NCBI GenBank assembly: GCA_044892525.1
Contig: CM097887.1
Coordinates: 42,284,001 to 42,348,000, forward strand
Direction of reading: 5' to 3'
DNA: 64,000 nucleotides
DNA from: Schmidtea polychroa
Taxonomy: Eukaryota
The translations under genes were made by a program, and so were the position numbers. Below the pieces are notes generated by a model, which was given only the letters and a program-made list of their open reading frames with translations, was not told the origin of the DNA and ran no database searches. Below are positions 37,261-50,190 of the stretch, one piece after another (the stretch's first letter is position 1; each line of letters starts with the position of its first letter).

Positions 37261-37759
37261 CGTTCATGTTTTATTCCATAAAATATAGGTATTTTTATCA
37301 GATAATGAATTTTAAAGGTTAATAGAATTAGGATAAATTGATGTTTTATTTAACTTAGTACTTTAGTGAAAATCTTTTAACTATTCTATTATATAATTAC
37401 GCTCATCACTGATTCACTGACTGATTCTATAACGCTCGCTGATTGGTTGAAAAAGCAATTTTTTAAAAGCAATTTAAAAGCAATTTTTTTGTGTGTTTGA
37501 CTAAATCTGTGTGCATGAAATTTAAGGGGAACATTATGATATTTTTGTAAGTGATTTAGATTAGGATTTAAAAGCAATTTAAAAGTAGTTTTTCAAGAAG
37601 TTCTTCAATAAAAACAATTTTTTTGGCAATTTTTTTTTCATTCCATATATATAACAGAAATAATTTTCAAATTGCTTAAGAATACAAATTTTTTTTGTAT
37701 TGAATTTTTAATAAATATTTAGTATGTCAAACTGTTCCTTTATTTTATGATTTGTCAAC

Positions 37760-39350
37760 GGGCGCCTTAGGCGCCTTGCAATTAACTAGTCATTAATGTT
37801 TGATAATTTTATTTTGAATAATGTATATTTAAAATGGTATTTTTTATTCAAATTTTGTATATATTAATGAATATTTTTGTATAGATTTATGAATAAACTT
37901 GTAATAGAGCAAATAACAATCGACAATTTTTAATTGTTTTTGAATGTTAATACCATTAACTGCATTCTATTTGCTTTTTGTCTAGCAAAGTTGTTGATAA
38001 CATCATCAAGGTTTGCTTCCTCCGTTTGTTGATGTTCTATTGATAGTATTATGAGATTTCTCAACAGTAAACTGTGCATGGAAGATCTTAAATAACTTTT
38101 AATTAATAAGCCACACTTACCGCAATAGTGAAGAAAATTCGTAATGAAATAACAATATTCGGAACGGAATTTCAAAAATTGTATTTTTGAATAAACTGTA
38201 AAAGTTCTCAAAAGGTTTTTTCAACAAGGAACCCTTCCTTATCATAAGTTATTATAATCATTATTTAAGGGAAAATTGTAATTTTTGTTTAAAAGATTTG
38301 ACGAAACAAGAAATTCATATTTTGCACCAAGAACATAAATCTGTTGAAATCTCAGTTCTCTTCGCATTTCAGTTTCATGCCGTAATTTAACATCATGTAA
38401 TCCGCCTCCAAACTTTTTAATCTTTTTTTTCATTGACGCTGATGTTGTTCAATGACAATTTCTAGATCATTACAAATTTCATTGTCCACTAGTCTGTGTC
38501 TATTTTCCATTAAAATACCTTTAACGACTTGATCTGGTGTTTATCCTTTCCTTTTCATTAAACAAATCTTTTAGATAATTTAATATGTTTGATTCAAATA
38601 TATGAGTGGAGGGCAAATATGTGTGAAAATATGGTTCAAGACTCAAGAAAGCGTTACAGAATTGATAACCACTGAAGCTGCGTGTAAACTGACTAATTCC
38701 TGAGTATGATTCGTAAATGAAAAAAGCTCTGATTTTTTTTATTAATTTCTTTTATCCGTCTTTGGAAACGAGCATATCTTCCATTCATCAGGGTAGCATT
38801 GTCGTATGCTTATCCCCCACAGTTATAAATATCAAGTCCGTCATTTTCTAATTTCTCCAAAATTATAGTCGAAATAACTTTGGATGTTTTATCTTTATTT
38901 TCCGGTTTGATTTTGATATGCTCTCCCTCGGCACTGGATCATATTTTGCCTACAAATTCACTATTTCTAAAATGTTTTCTCTATTATTAATTGCGATTCC
39001 AGAATTTACATTTAATTTACAATTATGTTTTTGGGAATTTTATTATGTCCAACAATCTTGAAAAGATCAGCCTCCACTTCTTCGTTTCATTCTGTTCTTT
39101 TTTATCAATAGTTACTCAGCAACTAATTTTAATTTCTAGCTCCGTCCATTGGTTGAATTTTCTGTTTTGTCCTTTGATTGATGAACCTTAACGGATGACT
39201 TCACCGAAATCTGAATCTATGTGTTGGACCACAGGTGCACCTTGAATTACCAGTAAGATTGTTATAAAATCATTAATTTTGCTTGGCCATGTACCAGCTG
39301 TTTTTATGTTATCAGCCGGAAAAATGTGGGCATTTCATCGCTCGAAGTTG
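37760..39350 (-). mobile_element. Degenerate ZMYM1-like hAT transposase
   Basis: KWRLIFSRLLDIIKF (~39050), AYDNATLMNG (~38800) and the C-terminus LRSSM..LIILSIEH..DDVINNFARQKA (ORF 37930-38211). Confidence 0.75.
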
Positions 39351-39829
39351 AAGAATCTAAACTTAACTATTAAAACAAATATAATAAATTTCATAACATT
39401 TTTCTTTTTAAAAGAAGACCTAATTTCAATGCTAATTCCGAGAAAGCAGAGCGTGTTTGATTTTCCAATTTGTTAAAAATCATTTTCAAATCCAAATGTT
39501 TATTAGTTTGAATATTTTTATTCATTAAAAAATATTTTTAAATTAATTTTAATAAATTTTATTCCGAAAATCTGCTGTAACTTTGACTTTTACCTACTCT
39601 AAATTTTTGTGTAGGCCAAAGATATTTTTCTCTATAGAAGAGTCATTTTATGTACACCCCTTAGTTAGGCCACCTTATTTCTTTTTAAAAATAAATAATG
39701 GTATATGTCTGTCACATTAAATAATACAGTTCTTTATGAAAATAATTTGATCTCAAAAGAATTTTTTAAATATATTTAATTGAAAAACAAACAACATAAA
39801 ATTGCCATTGACAACTCCGCCGCGTACCA

Positions 39830-39846
39830 TAGGTTGCCGACCCCTG
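39830..39846. mobile_element. Single Charlie-type hAT TIR
   Basis: aggttgccgacccctg is the reverse complement of caggggtcggcaacct. The partner was not found. Confidence 0.5.
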
Positions 39847-39890
39847 ATGACTACGATAAAAAGTATTGATAGAGCTTCTTATAGACATAA

Positions 39891-39896
<6 letters not shown>

Positions 39897-39955
<59 letters not shown>
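39897..39955. repeat. (AT)n microsatellite
   Basis: About 29 uninterrupted AT units. Confidence 0.98.
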
Positions 39956-39956
<1 letters not shown>

Positions 39957-40710
39957 GAAAGAACTTAATGTTTAAACTTGATGAAGTTAGGAAAGAAACC
40001 AAAAACAAATTAAGAAATCAGGCTTTTGGAGTATTAAACCACAGAATTTAAGGTTACAACCTAACTATGAGAAATGATTGTGAATACCAGATATTTGCCC
40101 ATAGATGATTTGAACTCAATTTATATTAGGAATTTATCATTTTGAGAGATCAGAAAAGGTTTATCCAAGACCCTGACTCCAGTGGTTCTCATAACTCCTA
40201 GGGAAATTAATTATTTTTCATAGACGTTTTGTATGCCACCGGTGATATTCAATGTCATTTGTATATATTTTGTTTGACCTTCACCTTTTGCTTCACCTTT
40301 ACCCGCAATTACTAGTTTATCCTGGAATTTCTTTTATAACTTCAAATTTTAATGAAAGAACGTATTCTCATTAAGATAAATTTATATAAATTACTTACTC
40401 TAATAGAATAGATCTGATCTTGAGAAAAAATGAAATTGGCTACGTTGAATGTCTGAAATATATAATTTACTCATGAATTCGGATTTTATTTAATGCATTT
40501 TCTGAACAGAGGGCTGCCGAATGTAACAATATTTCAATGAGATGTGCTGATTTATTATGAAGGTTTTCATTTATAACATACATTCTCATCATTTCATATG
40601 ATGAGAATTTAAAATAGAAATCACATAGATAAAATATATCGAAATTAAAAATAAAAATAAAATAGCATTTATATTTTATTTCAAATATCTTTACATTCAC
40701 CTTTTCATTA

Positions 40711-41490
40711 AACATTATTTTAACATTTTATATCATTGCTGATTAAACTATTTGAAAACGAAAAACTGAAACGAATGACTTCGAAAATAATCTGCATGAT
40801 GTCTCGAATATTGAAATAATCTTTTGTACGAGAAATTGAATATTGAGAGAATATGTTTGAAATAATGTCTCGAAATTTGTTAGCCTGCTAATTTGTTGTA
40901 CATTCCTCCGGAAGTAAATTTAAAAATGTTATTCAAAGAAATATTTTTATTGATTTTTAACATTTAATTAATATTTTAATATATTAATTTAATTTGGTTT
41001 TTAATAAAAGTAAATATTTATATAGTTCATTTTTTCATTATCTGATCAGTTCAATTATATATGATTTTATATGGTGTAGGAAAATTTATTTTATATCATT
41101 TGCGATTTTATGTAATTATTTATTCAATTTAAAATTTATATTATTTAATTCTTTTCGTTATACAAAGCATATCTTTGAAAGCACAGGGAAATATGTTTGA
41201 CACCAATGAGTAAATCACGACATCTAATATAACAATTTTATTCATTGAATCATGACAATGATATCATTAAAATGATTGATTGATAATGAAAGTCACCGAA
41301 ATTTTTTTAAAATTTAAATTAATTAAAAATTATTCAATATTTATATAGTAGATAGTAGAATATAAATCACTCGTTTAAATTTCAAACAGTTGTTAGTGTC
41401 AAAATGAATTAATTGACAATGTGACAATAACCATAATAATAATAATAATAAACGAAGACTGTTATTATAACCTTTGAGAGTTTGAGATGG
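40711..41490. repeat. 780-bp dispersed repeat, copy 1 (copy 2 at 59716-60967)
   Basis: Near-identical from aacattattttaacattttatatcattgctg to gagagtttgagatgg. Confidence 0.95.
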
Positions 41491-41878
41491 CGAAATTAAC
41501 TTTTGAATTAAACCCGAAACATTACTAGCGTTGTAATCTTTCTCTTTTTGTCATGTCAATGAAATGTTCTGTGATTCGTTGGTTTTCTTGTTTTTATTAT
41601 AAGCTTCTAATTTATATAAAAAATAGGAATTAATTACTGTCACTTGTAAATTATGTAAATTATGCCCAGTTTGTATGACCCCCGAGACTGTGACATGCAT
41701 AAAGTTTTATCATCAAAACAGGGATCATTTAACTCAATATAATTCATCTAAATATGATTTGTTTAATTTTTTAATAAATACTATACCCACTACAAATAAT
41801 ATTCCCATCACCAGTACCAATATTCCCACTATAAATAATAATAATAATTCTACCGTAAATACTAATAAAATTCCCATT

Positions 41879-42174
41879 NNNNNNNNNNNNNNNNNNNNNN
41901 NNNNNNNNNNNNNNNNNNNNNNNNNNNNNNNNNNNNNNNNNNNNNNNNNNNNNNNNNNNNNNNNNNNNNNNNNNNNNNNNNNNNNNNNNNNNNNNNNNNN
42001 NNNNNNNNNNNNNNNNNNNNNNNNNNNNNNNNNNNNNNNNNNNNNNNNNNNNNNNNNNNNNNNNNNNNNNNNNNNNNNNNNNNNNNNNNNNNNNNNNNNN
42101 NNNNNNNNNNNNNNNNNNNNNNNNNNNNNNNNNNNNNNNNNNNNNNNNNNNNNNNNNNNNNNNNNNNNNNNNNN
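41879..42174. other. Assembly gap (296 N)
   Basis: Run of N, preceded by low-complexity repeats. Confidence 1.
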
Positions 42175-42462
42175 TCCTTGTGTTGACATAATTTATCGAT
42201 CTAAAGTTATTAGGGGGACAACTATTAATTTAAGGTTCTGACACATATCATTACATAAGTATTACCAATCTTGATAGACTTTTGAATTTTAACAATTCTA
42301 ATGTAACTGCTATTAGGATTTGTAGTAAATGGTGTCCGAGATGCTTAAATGGTGATTACCCTAAGATAAATATCTTAGTTTTACAAATTGGTAAAAGATT
42401 GTCACTCCTCCATTTGTTATTCATGCCGACTTTGAGGCAATTTTGCCTAAAGATATTAAATA

Positions 42463-42656
42463 CACTCATACCTCGCTATATGGCTGCTCTTTATACGGCT
42501 TTTCGCTATAACGGCCTACTTCAAATTATGGCACTTTTTGAGATTTACGGCCAAAAATCCTATTGAATTTATATGGAATTGTATCAAAATGTATTTGATT
42601 CGTTATGCGGCCAACTTTCCTGGAACGTATCTAGGCCGTAAAGCGAGGTATGAGTG
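42463..42656. mobile_element. pogo/Tigger-type MITE (194 bp)
   Basis: TA flanks and perfect 15-bp TIRs cactcatacctcgct / agcgaggtatgagtg. Confidence 0.85.
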
Positions 42657-43172
42657 TACCATTAAAAATATCTCAGCTGGTTTTTTTGTTTTTATAAATA
42701 ATAATAGTAAGGTTTTGGCCTTTGAAAGCCAATCACGATTTAAAATTTTAATGCTCTATTACACCATTTATTTAATTAATTGAAAGTCAATAGTCTTAAA
42801 CAAATCATCTCTCTCCCAATCATAAATTTGAAATTTTTAAATGTATAAAATTTAGAATATAATAAAATGTTAATTTTCAAATTTGTGAAATAGCTACCAA
42901 AAGCTAAAACACTAATACTTTCTTCATAATAATTTTATAAAAAAGATAAATTTATAAATTTATAATTTCATAATTTGTAATTTTAATAAATTGAATTTTT
43001 AATAAATTAAATTTTTAATAAATTGAATTTTTATAAAATTAACGACCCAAATTTAAGCAAAGTACCCAATAATAATTTTATAAAAAAATGATAATTTAAT
43101 AATTTTAATGATTTCACCGAATGATATGTACTAATACCGATAAGCCAAGTTCGAGAAAATTTAGGGCACAAC

Positions 43173-43481
43173 CATGGGCGTCCGCAGAAATTTTTCCAAT
43201 GGAGGGGGGCAAAATATTTTATTTACCAAGGGGGAAGAGAGTTGAAAAAAAATGCATGTTTGATATAAATATTTGGAGATTTATACAAAATAGGACTTTT
43301 TTCCGTTTATTTACAAAATAGAAATTTTTTTAATTAATTTACAAAATTTTTTTTTGTCTTGGGTTTTTCCAACATTTTTTGAGCGCATCTATTAAAATGT
43401 GTTTAAATTAATCGAAAAAATAGAATGGTTTGGGAAATTCAGGGGGGTGCCCCCACTTGCTCCCCTTTGCGGACGTCCATA
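43173..43481. mobile_element. hAT MITE (309 bp)
   Basis: TIRs catgggcgtccgca / tgcggacgtccata; degenerate 8-bp TSD ggcacaac / gacacaag. Confidence 0.8.
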
Positions 43482-44043
43482 GACACAAGAAAAATTTCAT
43501 TACATTTTCTTTAAACAGATCATAATAAATATAATCAATCAAATTCATAAAAGCATGGTATTTATAATGCTACTATAATTCTCTTCCTATATAATTCTCT
43601 GTCTATAAAGTATATACTATCTTCCTATTACCATGTTTTTGATGTATTATTTATAACTTTTAAAAATTAATTTAGAATTATTAATTTGAATTTCAAATTT
43701 TGTTAAAAATTTATAATTTTTATTTCACATTATTTTTATATTTATTTATTTTTATATATAAATTGAAGTAGTAAAACAAATATATTGTAAATTTAATTAT
43801 TATTTTTATTTTTATAATAATAAATTTAAAAGAATAAAATTTATGAATTTAAAATTATAAGATGAAAAAAAATTTTTTAAAACGATATTTAACTAATATT
43901 TAACTAAATCTATCATATAAAAAATGTCTGATAAAAAATATTGTAAAACGTGTAATAAAATTATTTCAGATTATTTAAAATATTGTCCTGAAAGATTCAA
44001 AACAACATAAATTACATGTAATTAAAAATTAATTGGAATAAAG

Positions 44044-45810
44044 TTATGAAAATTTAATCTTCAGAATCTTTAGAATCATGAATTTAATTTTTAAATTATT
44101 TTTATATGTATCCCAGAGTACATCATATACAAACCTATACATTACTAATTTTGATAATTCTAAAATTACAAACCCAACATAATTGAATTTATCAAATTTA
44201 ATTGATGATTTTTTAAAATGTACAGCTGCACAATCATCTGAAAATATGTTAGTTCTTTGATATCCAATTTTTGCAGATAATTTTCGATAACGTTCTGCGT
44301 TATTTACAAATAATATGTCTTGTCTATTTCTTACATTTCCCAAAGTATTCCCATAAAATGAATTATTTAATAATTTATAAAAGAAATCATCAAATTTATA
44401 TCCATTTCTTTTAGCTTGCATTGGAATTTAATTCAATATAGGGTTTTAACCAGTTTGATTTTCTATAAATTAATTTTCTATGGACAATTTCTAAAATCAT
44501 TCTATTTTCCAAATACCAATCCAACATTCTTTCTTCAACAATATAAATGTTTTTATCAAACTGAGTTTGAATTAATTTTTCTGTTGTCTTGTAATTATGA
44601 AGATTACTTTCTCTTTACCATGGTGAAAACCAATCATCTTTTACTTGTAATTTCTCAGGACAAAATGTAAACCATCTAGTTTTATGTTTTATACGACTAG
44701 GATATTCCGAATCCACTTCATAAATATATCCAACTCCAGAACCTTCAGTCGATTTTTCATAATTATATTCTCTAGGCCAGGGCTTTTCAAACTTTTTAAA
44801 CAAGGGACCCCTAATTTTTATTACGCTTAGTTTACGGACCATATTACTAAAAAATTAAAATCGCTCACGGACCCCAGTTTGAAAAGCCCTGCTCTAGACC
44901 AATTCATTTCCCCATCTGGTAATTCTTCAATCATTGCAGTTGGATACAAAGAATTAGCATCATAATATCCCAAATCATTTCCAAGCTCTTCTTTAACTTC
45001 TACAAATCTATCACTATAAACTCCTGAAACACCTCCTCTGACACCTTTTCAATAACAAATAATTGATCAAAGGTATTTTGTTAAAAATATTTTAGTTTAA
45101 CTTTTGTACATCTCAATCCCGCCAACCATGATGATCCTGGTGCTGAATAACAATAACAAGGATCAATTTTATAATTTATAAACAAGTATTTCTCAATGTT
45201 TCAAATACATCAGCTATAAAAGACATCCATTTTCAAATATGCCACTGTATAATCTTTAATTGTTTCACATTCTAATATTTTCCAAGATTCTTGAGCAAAT
45301 TCATAATCATGATATGATATATCAGATTGTTTTAAATGGGAATAACATTCATCTATTTCAGGTAATTCAGTTTCATTCATTATATTTTCAATATTCTCCA
45401 AGTTTCTTCCTGTAATATATTCATATGGTAACATATTCCTTTTCTTATACTAGTTGTGAAATATTCATTACATATTTGACATTCGATGGGTTCCAAAAGT
45501 GTTGATAAATATTCTAAACCAAAACTCATAATTATATACAAATATAAAAATCTAAAAACTCCAACATTAAATGAAATATACCGTTTATCTGTATTAACTA
45601 AAACTTTTGATATTCTAGGAGCCAACTTTACAAAGATTAAATGGTTATCATATCCACTAGCATTATAAAAATAAATCGGTACAAAATTTACCATTGATGC
45701 TTGTAAATTACAAATCGATGAGCCACCCCTCTATAATTATGTAATTTTTTGAAATGATCATGATCAATAACTTTACTTTTTTCAGGAACTGACCTTTCAG
45801 GATTTATAAA
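44044..45810 (-). mobile_element. Polinton/Maverick-type protein-primed DNA polymerase B fossil
   Basis: Motifs in order: KVIDHDH..YRGVAH, YNASGYD, LPYEYI..LPEI..FAQESW..YLKMDV, GGVSG..YYDANSLYPTAM, GYIYEVDSEYP, FYKLLNNSFYG..VGFVILELSKLVMYRFVYD. Truncated before the DTDS motif; multiple stops. Confidence 0.92.
44778..44891. mobile_element. Charlie-type hAT MITE (114 bp) inserted in the polB fossil
   Basis: Perfect 16-bp TIRs cagggcttttcaaact / agtttgaaaagccctg. TSD ctctaggc / ctctagac fits the NTCTAGAN target. Confidence 0.92.
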
Positions 45811-46269
45811 AATATAAAAATATAAAAATATAATATAAAAATATAATTTAAATTTTTTCTAAAGTACCCCCCCCCCCCAAGTATTATAATAGTCGAAATA
45901 TTGTATATATATAGTAGACATAAAAAATATAATTTACATTTTTCATATTTCAAGCTGTAAAATAATCGAAACCAATGTTCATAGTAATAGTCTAAATTAT
46001 ATATACAGATATCAAGCTTATAAAGGTATCATTTTCATTTTTTCATAAATACCCCCCAAGCTGTATAAGAGTCGAAAACCATGTTTTAATATTATAAATT
46101 CATTAAAGATCATATTTTTGAACGTAGCTCCTCGCCCTATGAGCCGATTCGCTTTATTATAATTGGCTTTAGTATTACAATATAATAAATCCTCGAAATG
46201 ATATACCAAAAGTGTTCTTACACAGATAAATACGATTAATAATCAGTTGATGAAACTATTTGTCTAAAG

Positions 46270-46517
46270 CAGCCATGGCCAACCGGTGGCCCGCGAAGCG
46301 TTTTGATGTGGCCCGGACACAATTTTAAACATTAAATCAATAATTGTCTTTTTTAGAATTCATATTCGAATTAAGCATGTTTTTAATTTAAAAAATTGAT
46401 TCTAAGTTTACTTGAATCGTAAAAACGAGTTATATTTATTTAAATGAATTTATTGTGGCCCGTGATAGTATTTTCCGAAAATTTGGCCCTTCGATTGATT
46501 TGGGTTGGCCACCACTG
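46270..46517. mobile_element. Charlie-type hAT MITE (248 bp)
   Basis: Perfect TSD gtctaaag on both sides. TIRs cagccatggccaacc / ggttggccaccactg match at 12 of 15 positions. Confidence 0.92.
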
Positions 46518-46634
46518 GTCTAAAGAAATCATCCTCCCAATTGATCTATATGATATCAATATCGAAATTACTAACCGAAATTACTAAGTAGCGTAATTAC
46601 TGATAATCCTAACTGAACTGATGATCCTATATAT

Positions 46635-47057
46635 CAGGGGTGGGCACGCATGAGGTCCTAGAGAGCCACATGGCTCATCAAAGAGCCGCACTTGCCCACC
46701 CCTGGTATATAGTGTAGTGAGACATGTATTATTTAAATATTGCTTATAAAAAGAATCAAACAAGGTAGAATGTAATAAGGAAATATTAAATTTTGATTCT
46801 AAATACCGCCATCGAATGACACTATAAATTTTAATTCTGTTTACACCTATTTTGTGACACAGGTAAAAATGAACTAACCATGAAAATACAATTGCAACAA
46901 AAAATTTTTTTTTAAAAATTCAGTTGAAAAAATTTCAAAATAAAAAAATCGAATTCAATTTTCAAATTCAATTATCAAAAATTCAATTATCAATGAGCCG
47001 CAGTTTACTCAACGAAGAGCCGCATGCGGCTCTAAGAGCCGCATTTGCCCACCGTTG
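46635..47057 (-). mobile_element. SPIN-like hAT non-autonomous element (423 bp) with an extra internal end
   Basis: Perfect TSD ctatatat (46627-34, 47058-65). TIRs caggggtgggca / tgcccaccgttg, plus an internal tgcccacccctg at 46693-46704. 46850-47057 matches the reverse complement of 54621-54770. Confidence 0.88.
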
Positions 47058-47109
47058 CTATATATCCTATCATATGTGGACGATATCTGGACATCGAAAC
47101 TACCTGAAA

Positions 47110-49330
47110 TTATTCTAGTTATGACATTTTTTAATATGCCTTGGCATTGTGATGTGCCTTATGATGGCTGTTTATGCATTGTGATCCCAAATATCTACTT
47201 ATGACTTTATGAATTATTGGGGCAAAGCACCGAACCAATCTTAAAAGCAATAAGGGGAAATTCAGACAGAACAGCGGCAATGTTGATTAAATAGAGAGAA
47301 AACGAATTGAAAGCGGAACTAATAGATATAAATTAATTTCGAAACAATGAAAATATTGTACTGAGAAGCGCCATATATTCAGGACCACCAATGCCAAAGA
47401 CCATTAAAGCATTAGTGAGAAGAAACAGAAATACTAGTATAAAAATGGCACCAGAAACAGCGGGAATATCAAGGAATCAGACGAGAACGAGAAAATATTT
47501 GCAATGACAAGAAAAAGATAATCAAAGCATACGAGGAGATAATCAAAGCAGCAAATGTCGAGGACGACATTTTTGTAAAAAGATGATGACTACGAAAAGA
47601 AGGAAGACAATGGAAAAAACGGAGAACAGAACGCAGACCAGCAAGAAGACGAAAAAATAACCGACAATGACGAAGATTTAGAATAAGACGAAAATATCCA
47701 ATACTGAAGCGAGGACCAGGATTTGCAAAACATAGAGCAAAAAATGGAAGTACCCACTACATAACATAGAGTTGTGTAAGAATCAAAACCAGCCATTCAT
47801 ACTACAAAGAATAGTAAAAATATTAACGCCTATTTGCCTAACAAAAACGAAAAATACGAGAACTACAAGTGAAAGTCCGGAAGAAGTTTAGCTATTCATG
47901 ATAAAAGTCAGTGACTATGACGGAAAAGCAGTCCAACAGGCCACATAGGAAACAGAGGTGGCGAGACAATGCTTCGAGGAAAATGATGCTAATCTGAGGG
48001 CAGAGATCGAAAACTGAAGGTGCTCGAAAGAACTCAACGGCTTGAAGAAAAGTTAGAGGAGATGGTGGGAAAATAAAATAAATTAATTTTCATGTTGGAC
48101 GAGGAAATAAATACCTCATCAAAATTACGAGAGGAGGTAAACCAGCTAAGAAATAGACCACCAGTACTACTGATGCCACTTTACCAAATTCCGTTACTAA
48201 TGTCACAACTCGCGGAATCGACAATCGACGAAGGTTTTGAAGAAAATAACGGCGAAAATAATCATGAGACTTGGATATGAAAGAGTTGTATAGCGTCAAA
48301 AGATGTAAATAACGTTAACAAATACATCAACTAAAATGCAACTACTAGCAACTCAGTTGGAAGTAATAAGATTAAATGAATTAAATCGAAAACGAGCATC
48401 CGAACCTCCAGTAAAATTTAAAGGTGAGATCGGTGAGTTCCTGTAAAAGGAATAAAAGCGGTGTAAATAAACTGTAAATATAAAGTTAATCATTAAATGT
48501 ATGTAATTTATATATGTAATATTCGTAATATTATGTAATAACATAATCTCCATCTAACTAAGATGGAGATCGAGAAAAGTCTAATCGTTGCGATGAAAAT
48601 GATGGCATGTCAGGAACCGTCCTATCCGAAGAGCCAATGCCAATGTGTAACAAAGAACAAAGAGAAGATAGTACCTGTAGTAATTTTCAATCAATCTGCA
48701 GAAAACCAAATATGGAATGCGAGCAGGTAAAATGCCCGAAAGAACCTGAGAAGAAAACCGACGTCCAAATAGCGCAGGCAATAAAAACCCTCTTGAAACA
48801 AGAAATTACCCAAATGAAAGCTATCCGAACTCAGATAATGACGCTGGTGAAACAATGTCAAGACCAGAAATCAAAACGAGACTATCAACAAGAACCAGCT
48901 ACATCCCGATTGACGATGATGATAAAAGCATTAGAAGAAATAAAACAACAAAAAATGATGACCGTTAATGGACGCCCAAGCAACTATGAGGTAATAGGAA
49001 AGTCGCTCGAAGAAATAAAGGAAAGATTGACTGACGCAATCAAAGAAAACCCAAATGCTCAAGATAAAATAATTAAAACATTGAAAGAAATAAATAAAGA
49101 AATAATAACTACAGTGAATAAAATCTGATGAATCACGGAATGATGATCAGAACCCTTGAAGAAATTAAAAAGTGAGTAGCAACCACCCACAAAAAACCTT
49201 ACAAACCCAGATATCTTGATGAAGATGCTAAAAGAAATCCAGAAGAAAGTAATGACGACAGTTTGAAGGTGCTTGAATAACGATGCTGTGCTTGAATAAC
49301 GATGTTGTGTTTGAATCAACAATACCTATA
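47110..49330 (+). mobile_element. Probable gypsy-like integrase tail plus 3' region carrying a coiled-coil ORF
   Basis: The plus strand is A-rich and higher in GC. A degenerate integrase tail (SAIYSGP, ~47368) is followed by broken ORFs and the 173-aa ORF 48607-49128. Confidence 0.4.
48607..49128 (+). CDS. Uncharacterised coiled-coil ORF (173 aa), probably element-borne
   Basis: Open frame with repeated KxLEEIK-like motifs (KALEEIKQ, KSLEEIKE, KTLKEINK). Two more such motifs follow the stop. Confidence 0.35.
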   Translation: MSGTVLSEEPMPMCNKEQREDSTCSNFQSICRKPNMECEQVKCPKEPEKKTDVQIAQAIKTLLKQEITQMKAIRTQIMTLVKQCQDQKSKRDYQQEPATSRLTMMIKALEEIKQQKMMTVNGRPSNYEVIGKSLEEIKERLTDAIKENPNAQDKIIKTLKEINKEIITTVNKI

Positions 49331-50014
49331 ATCTTTTTACATGTATTACGCTCAGCTTTTCTTTTCTCCACTTGAGTGAAATATTAACAAACTTTTGATG
49401 TTTTTTTGTAACATCGTTTCTAAGCTGAGGGGAAAAATAAATTAAAAATTTGTAATAAATTGATTTTAATAATTAGTAATTACCTTTTTTCATAGATAAA
49501 ACAGATTCGTCAATTATAATAATTGTCACAAAAACAAAGTAATATTGAACTATTATGCTTTAAGTCATAGCCTATGACTAAACATAGGTAGCTACATATA
49601 TTGCATGTGTAAACGTGTTATAAAAATTGGAATTTCAAAACCAAATTTTGCACTTTTGAAATTAATTTTATTTTTACTGACATACTAACCTACACTAACT
49701 ACAATCTTACCACGTATGAAATAGATTTGATTTTTATTTTCATTCAATATTGAATTTTGAAGTCTTCTGATCGTTTTTATGTTTCTTACGTTGAAAAATA
49801 AAAGTGCCGCTGTTCTGAGAATTTGTACAAACAAATTTGATGCCAAACAAACATTGTACAGTGAATATTAATAAAGGCGTAAGCGACAATGAAATTTATT
49901 AAATAGATGGACGCATTTTTGTTTAATTTTAAAGATTTGGACTCGGGACTAGACTCTAACACTCGACGAGTAACTACCCAATTTTTTTCTGCTTTTCTGT
50001 GTTATGGCCAAATG

Positions 50015-50190
50015 TATAAAAGAGATTTTTTTGGCAATAACAAAATACGTGGGCTTTTCCAGTGGTTAGTTTAAATGGATTATTTTCAACAAGGAATTTT
50101 CATCTCAGTCTTTTTGAACATAGTTTTTAAGGCGCTATTTTTACAAAAAGAATTTTCAGATCTCTTATTATCAAACAAAAAATATCGGTT
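50015..50190. repeat. Dispersed repeat; inverted copy at ~63715-63875
   Basis: gggcttttccagtggttagtttaaatggattattttcaaca matches the reverse complement of tgttgaaaataatccatttaaactaaccactggaaaagctc. Confidence 0.85.

Noticed and set aside
39766-40051. ORFs with IYIYIY runs
   Set aside because: These are translations of the (AT)n microsatellite.
41675-42241. 188-aa and 151-aa ORFs
   Set aside because: Mostly N-gap plus low-complexity repeats.
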